Shown: positions 18,694 to 28,258 of the stretch, piece after piece | How positions within the stretch are numbered: position 1 is the stretch's first letter | How the letters are laid out: each line of letters begins with the position of its first letter | From: a virus | Length of the DNA stretch: 64,000 nt | Direction: 5' to 3' (one strand) | Virus record (IMG/VR): IMGVR_UViG_3300050132_000084 | Span: 1-64,000 of that record | Position numbers and translations under genes: made by a program | The notes under the pieces: model-generated | The model's input: only the letters and a program-made list of their open reading frames with translations | What the model was told of the DNA's origin: nothing | The model's database searches: none

Positions 18694-20304
18694 ATGGAAA
18701 TTTTGGGATTTAAAATATCTAAAGCTAAACGCTTTGGACTGGATAGTGATGAAGGGAAAGATCAAATCCCTTCATTCGTCGCACCTATTGATGATAGTGG
18801 TGCTAGTCCTGTATCCAATGGTGGTGGCTATTATGGGAGTTACTTAGATTTTGACGGTACTGCTAAATCTGAACTAGAATTAATTGCAAGGTATCGGGAT
18901 GCTGCATTGTATCCCGATACCGATAATGCTATCGAAGAAATCTGTAATGAAGCAATTGGTGCAGAAGATGACGAAACTGTAGTAAAAATATTTTTGGATG
19001 ATGTTGATCAGTCTAAAGCAGTAAAACTAAAGATTGAAGCAGCATTCGAAGAAGTAAAACAGTTATTGGACTTTGAAGCAAAAGCCCATGATATATTCAA
19101 ACGATGGTATATCGATGGTAGAGTTTATTACCATAAAATGACTGACCCAAAGAGTCCACAAAAAGGGATTCAAGAATTACGTTATATTGATCCACGAAAA
19201 ATTAAGAAAATTCGTGAGATTACTAAATCAAAAGATGTCGGTACTGGTATAGAAGTTATCAGCAAAATTAAGGATTATTTCTTATATGCTGAACGTCCAA
19301 TGCAAAAACAAACTGGATATGCCTCACAGTTATTCAATGTGAATGGTGTCAAAATTGATCCAGAAGCTATTTGTTATGTTACTTCTGGACTTATTGACCT
19401 AGAACGTAATATGGTTCTAGGCCATTTACACAAAGCCGTTAAGCCAATTAATATGTTGAAATTGGCTGAAGATGCTATGTTGATATTCCGTTTATCACGT
19501 GCACCATCACGCCGTGTATTCTATATTGACGTTGGTAATCTACCAAAACAAAAGGCTGAACAGTATCTAAAAGATACCATGCAAAGGTATCGTAATAAAA
19601 TAGTTTATGATGCTTCTACAGGTGAAATTCAAGATGATCGTAAGCATATGTCCATGCTGGAAGATTATTGGTTGCCACGGCGTGAAGGTGGTCGTGGTAC
19701 ACAAATCGAGAATCTTGAAGGTATCACTAATACCAACCAAAAAGAAGAAGTTGAATATTACCTGAATCGTGTTTATAGCACTATGAATGTACCAATGTCA
19801 CGTTTGACACAAGGTACAACCATGAATTTTGGTAAGCAAGCAGAAATTACTCAGGATGAATTAAAATTTGCCAAATTTATTGCTAGGCTTCGTAGGAAAT
19901 TTTCAGAAATATTTGGTGATCTACTACGTACTCAGGCTGTATTAACTGGTATATGTTCTGTTGAAGATTGGGATGAATTAATCAAACCATTCATCAAATA
20001 TAATTTTGCACAGGATATCTACTGGAAAGAAGCTAAAGAACTAGAAGTATTCCGTTCACGAATCGAATTATTAACTTCCATTCAACCATTTGTAGGAACT
20101 TACTATTCAAAAGAATTCGTCAAGAAAAATATATTAAAACAAACTGACGATGAAATAGATGAAATGCAACAGGAAATGGCTGGTGAACAGGAAGAACAAG
20201 TAAGGGATGCACAATTTAAAGGACAGATAGATGGTGCACAACAAGCTGCCACTATGGAAATGCTGCCACAAGAACCAACAGCCGCCCCTGCCAAGAAGAA
20301 ATAA
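18694..20304 (+). CDS. g20: Portal vertex protein, T4 gp20 homologue
   Basis: FKRWYIDGRVYYHKMTDPKSPQKGIQELRYIDPR, LHKAVKPINMLKLAEDAMLIFRLSRAPSRRVFYIDVGN and MSMLEDYWLPRREG closely parallel T4 gp20. Confidence 0.95.
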   Translation: MEILGFKISKAKRFGLDSDEGKDQIPSFVAPIDDSGASPVSNGGGYYGSYLDFDGTAKSELELIARYRDAALYPDTDNAIEEICNEAIGAEDDETVVKIFLDDVDQSKAVKLKIEAAFEEVKQLLDFEAKAHDIFKRWYIDGRVYYHKMTDPKSPQKGIQELRYIDPRKIKKIREITKSKDVGTGIEVISKIKDYFLYAERPMQKQTGYASQLFNVNGVKIDPEAICYVTSGLIDLERNMVLGHLHKAVKPINMLKLAEDAMLIFRLSRAPSRRVFYIDVGNLPKQKAEQYLKDTMQRYRNKIVYDASTGEIQDDRKHMSMLEDYWLPRREGGRGTQIENLEGITNTNQKEEVEYYLNRVYSTMNVPMSRLTQGTTMNFGKQAEITQDELKFAKFIARLRRKFSEIFGDLLRTQAVLTGICSVEDWDELIKPFIKYNFAQDIYWKEAKELEVFRSRIELLTSIQPFVGTYYSKEFVKKNILKQTDDEIDEMQQEMAGEQEEQVRDAQFKGQIDGAQQAATMEMLPQEPTAAPAKKK

Positions 20305-20309
20305 TTTCA

Positions 20310-20317
20310 TATAAATA
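20310..20317 (+). promoter_or_regulatory. T4-type late promoter, perfect TATAAATA
   Basis: Exact T4 late consensus 23 nt upstream of the ATG at 20340. Confidence 0.5.
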
Positions 20318-20339
20318 ATATTAACAATAAGGTATCAAT

Positions 20340-20861
20340 ATGTCCAGTTTACTAGAATATACAATAGAAAAAATTAAAGGTGGTGTCAGAATAAAACACT
20401 ACGGCAAGATCGTGCACACTGCCAAGGATTCTGTAGAAGCACAAAAGTGGATTGAAAGATTACCACATGGTGCAATAGGACGTAATGTTCGTGAATCCGA
20501 AGAAGGAAAGTATGGTGATGTTGAATATGCTGATACCAAGAATAAGAAATATCCAGTAGACACTGAAAAACATATTCGTGCAGCATGGGATTATATTCAT
20601 GTTGGTAAAAATGCCGCTAATGAAACAGATGTAGATGGTATTAAGAAAAATATTATTAAAGCATGGAAAGAAAAGATTGATAAATCTGGCCCACCAGAAG
20701 CTAGTAATGAAGGAAATAAAATGTCAGAAAATTTCATTGATGCAACATTAAAACAAGATTATCTAGGTGCTGAAGCAGCATTCAAAGAAATGATGGCTTC
20801 CAATGTAGCACAATATCTAGAACAACGTAAACAAGAACTAGCATCTGAAATGTCTAGATAA
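20340..20861 (+). CDS. Hypothetical prohead-associated protein (between portal and protease)
   Basis: Lies in the T4 gene 67/68 interval. Contains YGDVEYADTKNKKYPVDTEKHIRAAWDYI, a motif I recall from phage scaffold/protease-associated proteins (DUF6582-like). Confidence 0.6.
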   Translation: MSSLLEYTIEKIKGGVRIKHYGKIVHTAKDSVEAQKWIERLPHGAIGRNVRESEEGKYGDVEYADTKNKKYPVDTEKHIRAAWDYIHVGKNAANETDVDGIKKNIIKAWKEKIDKSGPPEASNEGNKMSENFIDATLKQDYLGAEAAFKEMMASNVAQYLEQRKQELASEMSR

Positions 20862-20875
20862 AATGAAAGAATAAT

Positions 20876-21115
20876 ATGTGGTTTCCTAAGAAAATTGTAA
20901 CTGATCTACTAGAAGGTCATGCTGAATATCACGATTATGACAATAAGGCTGGTGATAAAGCACTTTTGATGGTGATGCATTACAGTGATCCTAGTGTTCC
21001 ACCAGATCATACAGTCCATATTACCGGACATAGAATCACTGTGCATTCTAGTAAAGATAAAGCACATAAGAAATTAACAAGTATGGGATTTAAACCCATG
21101 AAGGAAAATAAATGA
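20876..21115 (+). CDS. Hypothetical small protein (gene 67/68 position)
   Basis: 79-aa ORF, ATGA-coupled to the next gene. Positional analogy only. Confidence 0.5.
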   Translation: MWFPKKIVTDLLEGHAEYHDYDNKAGDKALLMVMHYSDPSVPPDHTVHITGHRITVHSSKDKAHKKLTSMGFKPMKENK

Positions 21116-21510
21116 CAGTAGCCGTCCCAACAACACAAGCAGTAGCAGTTATATCACTAGGTAGACTGAGTGCTGGATACGTATTCACAGGTGGTGGTTC
21201 AACACCAGTCACAGGTACTTTAGCATCACTAACACGTTCAGATGAAACTGAAGGTACACCAGCAGTTGATATCCATGCAATATATTGGACTACAAGTGCC
21301 ACAAATTTGATGACTATAACCAGAAATGGCGTAATTCTATATTACCTACAAGGTTCTGGATCATTTATTTACGAAGATCACCTTTGTGATAATAGAGGAA
21401 ATGCTAATGACATCGTGGTTGATCTTGGTACTGCTGGTGGAACCATTACTCTTGGTGTTCGCAAAACCAGTGGATTTAATATCACAGTAAGTGATCAGAA
21501 CCCATACTAA
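21112..21510 (+). CDS. Hypothetical protein (gene 67/68 position)
   Basis: 132-aa packed ORF immediately upstream of the prohead protease. Confidence 0.55.
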   Translation: MTVAVPTTQAVAVISLGRLSAGYVFTGGGSTPVTGTLASLTRSDETEGTPAVDIHAIYWTTSATNLMTITRNGVILYYLQGSGSFIYEDHLCDNRGNANDIVVDLGTAGGTITLGVRKTSGFNITVSDQNPY

Positions 21511-21519
21511 GGATAATTC

Positions 21520-22173
21520 ATGAAATTTCTAACAGAAATATATGATGATGTAGAAGTGCTTGTTGAGGGTGCAGGAGAACACAAGCAACTTTTCATTCAT
21601 GGTATCCATGCTCAGGCAGAATTGGTTAATCGTAATAAACGAAATTATTCTAAATCTGTCTTAGAAAATGCTATCACAAAATACAATAAAGACTTTGTTA
21701 TGACCAATCGTGCATTGGGTGAATTGAATCACCCTGCACGGATGTCAGTTGATCCTGAACATGTTTCACACAGGATTTGTGAACTACGATGGAATGGCAA
21801 TGATGTCATCGGTAAATCACTGATTCTCAATACCCCTAAAGGTAACATTATTAAGGGATTGCTAGAAGGTGGAACTAAACTTGGTGTATCTACTCGTGGT
21901 GCAGGAAGTATCACATTAAAAGAGGGTGTTTCACATGTTGGTAGTGATTTCGTATTATCTACTATTGACGCTGTTTTAGACCCTTCAGGAATTTCGTGTT
22001 GGGTAGACCCATTAATGGAATCTGCTGATTGGATATTTGAATCAGGTGTATGGAAGATTTCTGATTTGGAACAAGCACAGAAAACCATTAAAGAAGCATC
22101 TAGCATTGATTTAAAGAAGAATTTTCTAGAATTATGGGAAAAATTTGTTGGAAATTTACAAAATATGCGTTAA
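21520..22173 (+). CDS. g21: Prohead core protease, T4 gp21 homologue
   Basis: GIHAQAELVNRNKRNYSKSVLENA...ALGELNHPARMSVDP...WNGNDVIGK...GVSTRGAGS parallels T4 gp21 GIFMQAEVVNRNKRLYPKRILEKA...ALGELNHPPRANVDP...WKGNDVYGR...GVSSRGLGS. Confidence 0.95.
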   Translation: MKFLTEIYDDVEVLVEGAGEHKQLFIHGIHAQAELVNRNKRNYSKSVLENAITKYNKDFVMTNRALGELNHPARMSVDPEHVSHRICELRWNGNDVIGKSLILNTPKGNIIKGLLEGGTKLGVSTRGAGSITLKEGVSHVGSDFVLSTIDAVLDPSGISCWVDPLMESADWIFESGVWKISDLEQAQKTIKEASSIDLKKNFLELWEKFVGNLQNMR

Positions 22174-22244
22174 TTACTCAAAAATTAGTGTTAGCGAGAA
22201 ATTAATTTTACTAAGTATTATATACGAAACAAAAAGGAAACAAT

Positions 22245-23597
22245 ATGTCAGTTGAACAAGCAATCCGCAAGATGTTGAATGAACGTGCCACACTACCAAT
22301 TGGTGCTAGCGTAAACTATGGTGATATGTCTCAACCAAAGCAAGGTAATTCACAAGAAACTCCTTATGATGAAGAAGACGAAAATGCACCGGGTACGACT
22401 ACTGCAAAGAAAATAGGTACTACTGGATTGCCAATTGGTCAATCTGCAACTTCAGGTGATGGTGCACAACCACCACAAGGTTCCAGCGGCAATGTAATGC
22501 CAGAAACACCAGCACCTACAGGAACTAATCTTGGTGCTGATAGTAATGGACAACCACCACAAGGTGCTAGTGGAATCAAAGCACCGGGATTGTTTGATTC
22601 AGTACAAATTACCGGAAAAGATGGTAAAACAGCAAAAATGACTGGTGCTGATCTAGCTGAAGCATTCACTAAGAAACACTTTATCGCAACTGCTGAACTA
22701 TTGAATTCTATTAGTGACCATAAGCAACGTAATGCTATTGGTGCTAAACATATCGAAATGTTCAAGAAAGATAATCCACGTTTCGATGAAGGTAAGTTCA
22801 AGAAAGCCGCTGGTATGGATGCAGCATCGCAGCAAGCTGAATCAGTTCGTACTACAGAATTAAAAGAGAGTATTGCAGCACTATTCACAGGTCAAGAAAA
22901 TCTAGCTGAAGGTTTCCTAGATAAAGCTACTTCACTATTCGAAGCTGCTGTTATTGGTCGTGTTAATGCTGAAATGATCAAGGTTAATGAAGAATTGGAA
23001 GCAATGGCCGAACAAGAATTGACAACATTGAAAACAGCTTTATCAGAACAAGTCAATTCTTACGCTACACAAATGGTTAACGTTTGGATTAAAGAAAACC
23101 AACTAGCTATTGATCAAGGACTGAAACAAGAAGTATCAGAATCATTCATGAGTGGTCTACGCAATTTGTTTGCAGAACACTATATTGATGTTCCAGAAAA
23201 TAAAGTTGATGTACTAGAATCACTTACAAAAGAACTAGAAACATCAAAGAAACGAATCAATGAAGAAGCTAATAAAACATTGAAAGTTCAAAAAGAATTA
23301 ACCGACCTGAAGAAGCAAGCAGTCGTTGCCGAAGCATCCAAGGGTATGACAGCAGTTGATGCAGATCGACTTCTGACGCTGGTTGAGGGTATAGAGTTCG
23401 ATTCACCAGAACTCTATACCGAAAAAGTTGCAGTAATCAAAGAGTCACACTTTAAGAAAACTGCTAAAAAATCAGCGGAAGTAATCTTGGCTGAGTCTAC
23501 AGGCGGTAACGCAACTGAAGAAGTGGTTGATCCATCTATTCAGCGTGTTGTTGCAGCCCTAAATCGTGGCAATTCTGGTAATGTTTTTACTAACTAA
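22245..23597 (+). CDS. g22: Prohead scaffolding protein, T4 gp22-position homologue
   Basis: Synteny between g21 and g23; low-complexity N-terminal part followed by a long charged coiled-coil region. Confidence 0.75.
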   Translation: MSVEQAIRKMLNERATLPIGASVNYGDMSQPKQGNSQETPYDEEDENAPGTTTAKKIGTTGLPIGQSATSGDGAQPPQGSSGNVMPETPAPTGTNLGADSNGQPPQGASGIKAPGLFDSVQITGKDGKTAKMTGADLAEAFTKKHFIATAELLNSISDHKQRNAIGAKHIEMFKKDNPRFDEGKFKKAAGMDAASQQAESVRTTELKESIAALFTGQENLAEGFLDKATSLFEAAVIGRVNAEMIKVNEELEAMAEQELTTLKTALSEQVNSYATQMVNVWIKENQLAIDQGLKQEVSESFMSGLRNLFAEHYIDVPENKVDVLESLTKELETSKKRINEEANKTLKVQKELTDLKKQAVVAEASKGMTAVDADRLLTLVEGIEFDSPELYTEKVAVIKESHFKKTAKKSAEVILAESTGGNATEEVVDPSIQRVVAALNRGNSGNVFTN

Positions 23598-23639
23598 ATA
23601 TTAACAGAAATAAATTTTTAAAATAACAAGGAGTAACAC

Positions 23640-24965
23640 ATGGCATACGTATCACAAGAAGTAACAAATAAGTGGAAACCAGTTCTTGATGCAGAAGGTA
23701 CTGTACCAATCCGCGATGCACACAAACGTGCAGTTCTAACCAAACTTCTAGAGAATCAAGTACAAGAATCATCAAAAGAAGGTGAAATGTTGTTCGAAAA
23801 TGGTACTGGTGATGTTTCAACCAATGCTATTGGTTCAGCACCAGATACTGGCGGTACAGCTAAATTTGATCCACTGTTGATCAGTCTAGTTCGCCGTTCA
23901 CAACCTAACTTGATGGCATACGATATCGCTGGTGTGCAACCAATGTCAGGCCCAACTGGTTTGATCTTCTGTATGAAGTCCAACTACGGTGCAAACCAAG
24001 CTGCTGCAACACGTACCGAAGCACTGTTTAACGAAGCTAATACCGCGTTCGCAGGTACTGGTTCACAAGCTGGTAGCAATCCGGGTACAGGTACATACAC
24101 TCGTGGTACTGGTATGACTACTACCGCTGCCGAACTATTAGGCACAACTGGTGGTAATACTTTCAACGAAATGAACTTCACAATTGAAAAAACAACTGTG
24201 ACTGCTCAAACTCGTGCATTGAAAGCATCATACACCCTAGAATTGGCTCAAGACTTGAAAGCAGTTCATGGTCTAGATGCTGAAGGTGAATTGTCCAATA
24301 TTCTTTCACAAGAAATTGGCTTTGAACTAAACCGCGAACTTGTTCGTACCGTGTATCAAGTTGCACAAACTGGTGCACAATCAACCGTAACTCCGGGTAC
24401 ATTTGACTTGAACATCGATTCAAGTGGTCGTTGGTCTGTTGAACGTTTCAAGGGACTATTGTTCCAAATTGAACGTGATGCTAATGCTGTTGGTCAATTG
24501 ACACGTCGCGGTAAAGGTAATATCCTAATCACTTCTTCAGACGTAGCTAGTGCATTGGCCTTGGCTGGTGTTCTAAACTATGCACCAGCACTTCAAGCTG
24601 GTACTAATCTGGAAGTTGATGATACTGGCAATACATTCGCTGGTATCCTGAATGGTAAGATCAAGGTTTATATTGATCCATATTCAGCAAATATTTCCGC
24701 TGCTTCACAATTCTATGTAGTTGGCTATAAAGGCCAATCAGCATATGATGCAGGTATCTTCTATTGCCCATATGTCCCACTACAAATGTTACGTGCAGTT
24801 GATCCTGAGTCATTCCAACCAAAGATCGCGTTCAAGAGTCGTTATGGTATGATTGCTAACCCATTCGTTATTAATCCGGGTGCAAGCAATGCGTCAGACG
24901 GTAGCAACTTTACCGCAGGACTTAATCAATACTACAGAAAAGTACAAGTACTCAATCTTTTGTAA
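23640..24965 (+). CDS. g23: Major capsid protein, T4 gp23 homologue
   Basis: NKWKPVLD, VRRSQPNLMAYDIAGVQPMSGPTG, LKASYTLELAQDLKAVHGLDAEGELS, KGLLFQIE and YKGQSAYDAGIFYCPYVPL...FQPKIAFKSRYG closely parallel T4 gp23. Confidence 0.97.
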   Translation: MAYVSQEVTNKWKPVLDAEGTVPIRDAHKRAVLTKLLENQVQESSKEGEMLFENGTGDVSTNAIGSAPDTGGTAKFDPLLISLVRRSQPNLMAYDIAGVQPMSGPTGLIFCMKSNYGANQAAATRTEALFNEANTAFAGTGSQAGSNPGTGTYTRGTGMTTTAAELLGTTGGNTFNEMNFTIEKTTVTAQTRALKASYTLELAQDLKAVHGLDAEGELSNILSQEIGFELNRELVRTVYQVAQTGAQSTVTPGTFDLNIDSSGRWSVERFKGLLFQIERDANAVGQLTRRGKGNILITSSDVASALALAGVLNYAPALQAGTNLEVDDTGNTFAGILNGKIKVYIDPYSANISAASQFYVVGYKGQSAYDAGIFYCPYVPLQMLRAVDPESFQPKIAFKSRYGMIANPFVINPGASNASDGSNFTAGLNQYYRKVQVLNLL

Positions 24966-24984
24966 CATTTCTGTAATAGGAATT

Positions 24985-25016
24985 AAAGCCCGATTCGAAA
25001 GTTTCGGGCTTTTTTA
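24985..25016 (+). terminator. Rho-independent terminator after g23
   Basis: Stem aaagcccga pairs with tcgggcttt, followed by a ttttt run (25011-25015). Confidence 0.85.
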
Positions 25017-25039
25017 CGTCCATATATTTCAACCAATAG

Positions 25040-25068
25040 TTGCATATATGTGATAAATATGTTATAAT
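25040..25068 (+). promoter_or_regulatory. Early sigma70-type promoter (TTGCAT-N17-TATAAT with TG extension)
   Basis: ttgcat at 25040-25045 and tgttataat at 25060-25068, with 17-nt spacing. Confidence 0.65.
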
Positions 25069-25087
25069 GTACTTAATGGAGGAAATT

Positions 25088-26611
25088 ATGACATATGAAA
25101 CCGAATTGGTTGATTTTTGTAGATCAACCACAGCACAGGCATTATCAAAAACAAAGAATCCTAATATTCTTGAATGGAAATCAAAAATAATTTCATCCAC
25201 ACAATTTCTTGATTCCACACTACCAGAAGTATTCATGGTAAATCGCATATATTGTATAGAAAATGACATTTACGAATGTCCAACATGTAAATCTTGCGAA
25301 AATGCGTGTGGGTTCTTTTCGGCAGATAACAAAAAGGGGTTTAATGAATACTGTTCAAAAGAATGTCGGCAACATTCGACAGGAAATCCGGTAGGGGTGG
25401 ATGAAAAATTATCAGATTATGCATGGATGTTTGAACATAGGATAACCAAAAGAATGTCTGCACTCAGTATAGGAGAAATACTTGGCATTTCCGAAGTTCC
25501 CGTAGCTAAATGGTGTAAGAAACATAAATTCCCAAAGACCAAATACAATGCGTCCCATTCTGTGGTTCAAGAATTTCTTGATGATTTTGATTGGGTATTC
25601 AAAAAATACAAAATAGATAAATTATCACTGCGCGATATAGCAGATGAAATAGGTTCTTCTATGGCAACTGTAGCTATAGCAGTTAAAAAACATGGCATAG
25701 AACCCAACAAAGGCAATGAGTATGATCGCAAATTTCATAAACAATCTTTGGGTGAACTAGAATTACGGGAATTCATAAGATCAATATACCATGGGGAAAT
25801 ATTGGTAGGGAAAAAGAACCTATTGCAAGATACCCGGGACATAGACATACACATCCCAGAATTAAATATTGCATTTGAATATAATGGTGTCTATCGACAT
25901 AGATACAACCCCAATGGGAATTCATATTCTGCAAAAAAGGATAGCACATACCATATTTCAAAAACCAATATATGCGCATCACAAGGTGTCGAATTGATAC
26001 AGATTTGGTCATCATCTTGGCTCACAAAAAAGGAAATTTGGAAATCCAGAATTCGTGCAAAATTTGGGATAATAAAATCACGAATTTATGCAAGGAAATG
26101 TACCATCAAAGAAATATCAACAGGAATTAAAAATACATTCTTGGATAAAAACCACATTCAGGGTAGAGATAAATCGGGAACAAAACTAGGTTTATTCCAT
26201 GATGACGAACTAGTGTCTGTTATGACATTCGCAAAAAGTAGATATAACAAATGTGCAGAATGGGAGCTTGTTCGGTTCGCCACCAAATTAGACACTATTG
26301 TGATTGGTGGATTTTCTAAACTACTGAACCACTACAGAAAATCAAATGTCGGGTCTATCATTTCTTATGCGGATCGCATGCATTCAAATGGGAATGTTTA
26401 TGTAAAAAATGGATTTTCTTTATTAAAACAAAACCCCGCAGGATATCACTATTTTAAAAAGAATACCGAAATTTTACTCAATAGACAAAATTTTTACAAA
26501 TCAAAAATTCAAAATGGAAAAGATGATGTTCGTACAGAATTTGAAATAATGACGGATAATGGCTATATGTGGGTATATGATTGTGGAACTATTGCATTTA
26601 TTCTAAATTAA
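25088..26611 (+). CDS. Free-standing homing-endonuclease-like protein (Zn-ribbon + HTH modules + Vsr/PD-(D/E)XK-like core; 'Hef-like')
   Basis: CPTCKSC...YCSKEC, two HTH-like segments, nuclease-like DIHIPELNIAFEYNGVYRH, then ARKCTIKE...FLDKNHIQG...ELVRF...GGFSKLL...ISYADR. Start set at the ATG after ggagga; the track start at 25040 lies inside the promoter. Confidence 0.6.
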   Translation: MTYETELVDFCRSTTAQALSKTKNPNILEWKSKIISSTQFLDSTLPEVFMVNRIYCIENDIYECPTCKSCENACGFFSADNKKGFNEYCSKECRQHSTGNPVGVDEKLSDYAWMFEHRITKRMSALSIGEILGISEVPVAKWCKKHKFPKTKYNASHSVVQEFLDDFDWVFKKYKIDKLSLRDIADEIGSSMATVAIAVKKHGIEPNKGNEYDRKFHKQSLGELELREFIRSIYHGEILVGKKNLLQDTRDIDIHIPELNIAFEYNGVYRHRYNPNGNSYSAKKDSTYHISKTNICASQGVELIQIWSSSWLTKKEIWKSRIRAKFGIIKSRIYARKCTIKEISTGIKNTFLDKNHIQGRDKSGTKLGLFHDDELVSVMTFAKSRYNKCAEWELVRFATKLDTIVIGGFSKLLNHYRKSNVGSIISYADRMHSNGNVYVKNGFSLLKQNPAGYHYFKKNTEILLNRQNFYKSKIQNGKDDVRTEFEIMTDNGYMWVYDCGTIAFILN

Positions 26612-26625
26612 TCCTAAAGTTTCTG

Positions 26626-26654
26626 TTGTATTTGCCGTATAAGTATGGTATAAT
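26626..26654 (+). promoter_or_regulatory. Early sigma70-type promoter (TTGTAT-N17-TATAAT)
   Basis: ttgtat at 26626-26631 and tatggtataat at 26644-26654. Confidence 0.6.
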
Positions 26655-26684
26655 TAAAATATAACAGCACCATAAAGGATAATA

Positions 26685-28166
26685 ATGAATCATATATCAG
26701 AGGATTTCTTGAAAGTCGTCACCGGGAAAGATGGTAATACTATATCAAAACGGTTTACGCGACAATATTTTGAACGCAATAATTATGCCCACATATGGGA
26801 TTTGGTGATGATCAATACCGGATTCCTACCAGATTCTTCAAATATGTCACATAGAATTTATGCACTGCAAAATGGTATAAATGCGTTACATACATGCCCA
26901 ACATGCAAAATTGGAATATCTCGACTAGTAGGAAAATCACTAGCAGATATTTCATATTCTGAGTTCTGTTCCACCAAATGTATGCTTAAATCAGAATCCA
27001 GAGGAAAAAGGATTTCTGATGGGTGGAACAAAATAGATAAAGATGCAGCAAACGAAAAGCGGGCAGCTACCATGACAGAAAAATATGGCGTGGCATTCAA
27101 TTCACAGCGCGAAGAAATCCATCATATATGGGAACGGTCTAAACTTGATGATCAAGAAGTTATCGATAAATTAAATAATCGGGAATGGTTGATTGAGCAG
27201 TATGAAATAATGGAAAAACCAAGTACAGTTATTGCGGCAGAATTGTTCTGTGACTATGACACCGTTTTATCTCACCTGAGACAATTTGGTATACCAATTA
27301 GACAATATCAGAACCGATCATATTTGGAAAGAATGGCATCGGAATATGTATCGACTTTAGTTGATGGTGTTATAAACAATGATCGCAAAATTCTGGCACC
27401 TTATGAATTAGATGTGGTTATTCCAGAATATAAACTAGCAATTGAAATTAATGGCATGTACTGGCATTCACTGGATCACCATGCATCAAAAGAAGAACGC
27501 AATCGCCACCTATACAAAACCCTATCAGCATTGAACTCTGGATACACAGTATTACATATCTTGGAATCTGAATGGAATCAGCAACATGAGATAGTAAAAT
27601 CAATCATTTCATCACGACTGGGTAAATCAGAAACAGTTTTTGCCAGAAAATGTGAAATTGTTTCTTTGTCACGCCACGATGAACACTCTTTTCTTAAAAA
27701 TAACCATATTCAGGGATTCGTGTCATCCAGTGTATGTTATGGCTTGGTTTGTGGTGGTGAACTGGTTCAATTAATGTCATTCGGAAAACCAAGATTTAAC
27801 AAAAATTACCAGTGGGAATTATTGCGGTCATGTGCTAAATTAAATACTACCGTATCAGGTGGTGCTGGAAGACTCCTTAGCCACTTTCGCAAGAATCATA
27901 TGGGCAACATCATATGTTACAGTGATCGCCGCTTTGGTGAGGGTCTGGTGTATTCAAAGATAGGGTTTACATTTAAAGAATCGTTACCACCAAGCTATCA
28001 TTACACAGACAGGAAAAACGCATATTCACGATATAAATTCCAGAAGAAACAGTTGTCAAAATTGCTGAAAAATTTCAAAGAAGAACTCACCGAAGAACAA
28101 AATATGTTCGCAAATGGATATCGAAAAATTTGGGACTGTGGAAATAATGTGTACGTCTTTGATTGA
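26685..28166 (+). CDS. Second homing-endonuclease-like protein, paralogue of 25088..26611
   Basis: Same architecture: CPTCK...FCSTKC, HTH, DVVIPEYKLAIEINGMYWHS, ARKCEIVS...FLKNNHIQG...ELLRS...GGAGRLL...ICYSDR. Confidence 0.6.
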   Translation: MNHISEDFLKVVTGKDGNTISKRFTRQYFERNNYAHIWDLVMINTGFLPDSSNMSHRIYALQNGINALHTCPTCKIGISRLVGKSLADISYSEFCSTKCMLKSESRGKRISDGWNKIDKDAANEKRAATMTEKYGVAFNSQREEIHHIWERSKLDDQEVIDKLNNREWLIEQYEIMEKPSTVIAAELFCDYDTVLSHLRQFGIPIRQYQNRSYLERMASEYVSTLVDGVINNDRKILAPYELDVVIPEYKLAIEINGMYWHSLDHHASKEERNRHLYKTLSALNSGYTVLHILESEWNQQHEIVKSIISSRLGKSETVFARKCEIVSLSRHDEHSFLKNNHIQGFVSSSVCYGLVCGGELVQLMSFGKPRFNKNYQWELLRSCAKLNTTVSGGAGRLLSHFRKNHMGNIICYSDRRFGEGLVYSKIGFTFKESLPPSYHYTDRKNAYSRYKFQKKQLSKLLKNFKEELTEEQNMFANGYRKIWDCGNNVYVFD

Positions 28167-28170
28167 ATAA

Positions 28171-28197
28171 ATAGTGCATTCAATAAGGATGCACTAT
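28171..28197 (+). terminator. Hairpin after second endonuclease gene (weak terminator candidate)
   Basis: Stem atagtgcat pairs with atgcactat around a 9-nt loop; no U tract follows. Confidence 0.3.
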
Positions 28198-28258
28198 GTC
28201 AACCCAACTATAGATTTTCCTGTTGTCAGTATGGGTGTTGATCCATGGAAAGAAGAAA

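Noticed and set aside
25040-25087. N-terminal extensions in the ORF track (25040, 28223, 30350, 33139, 40162, 59826, 62568, the 33192 minus-strand start, etc.)
   Set aside because: The extended starts use TTG/GTG or lie inside predicted promoters or upstream genes. Internal ATGs with RBSs, ATGA coupling or agreement with T4 N-termini were preferred.
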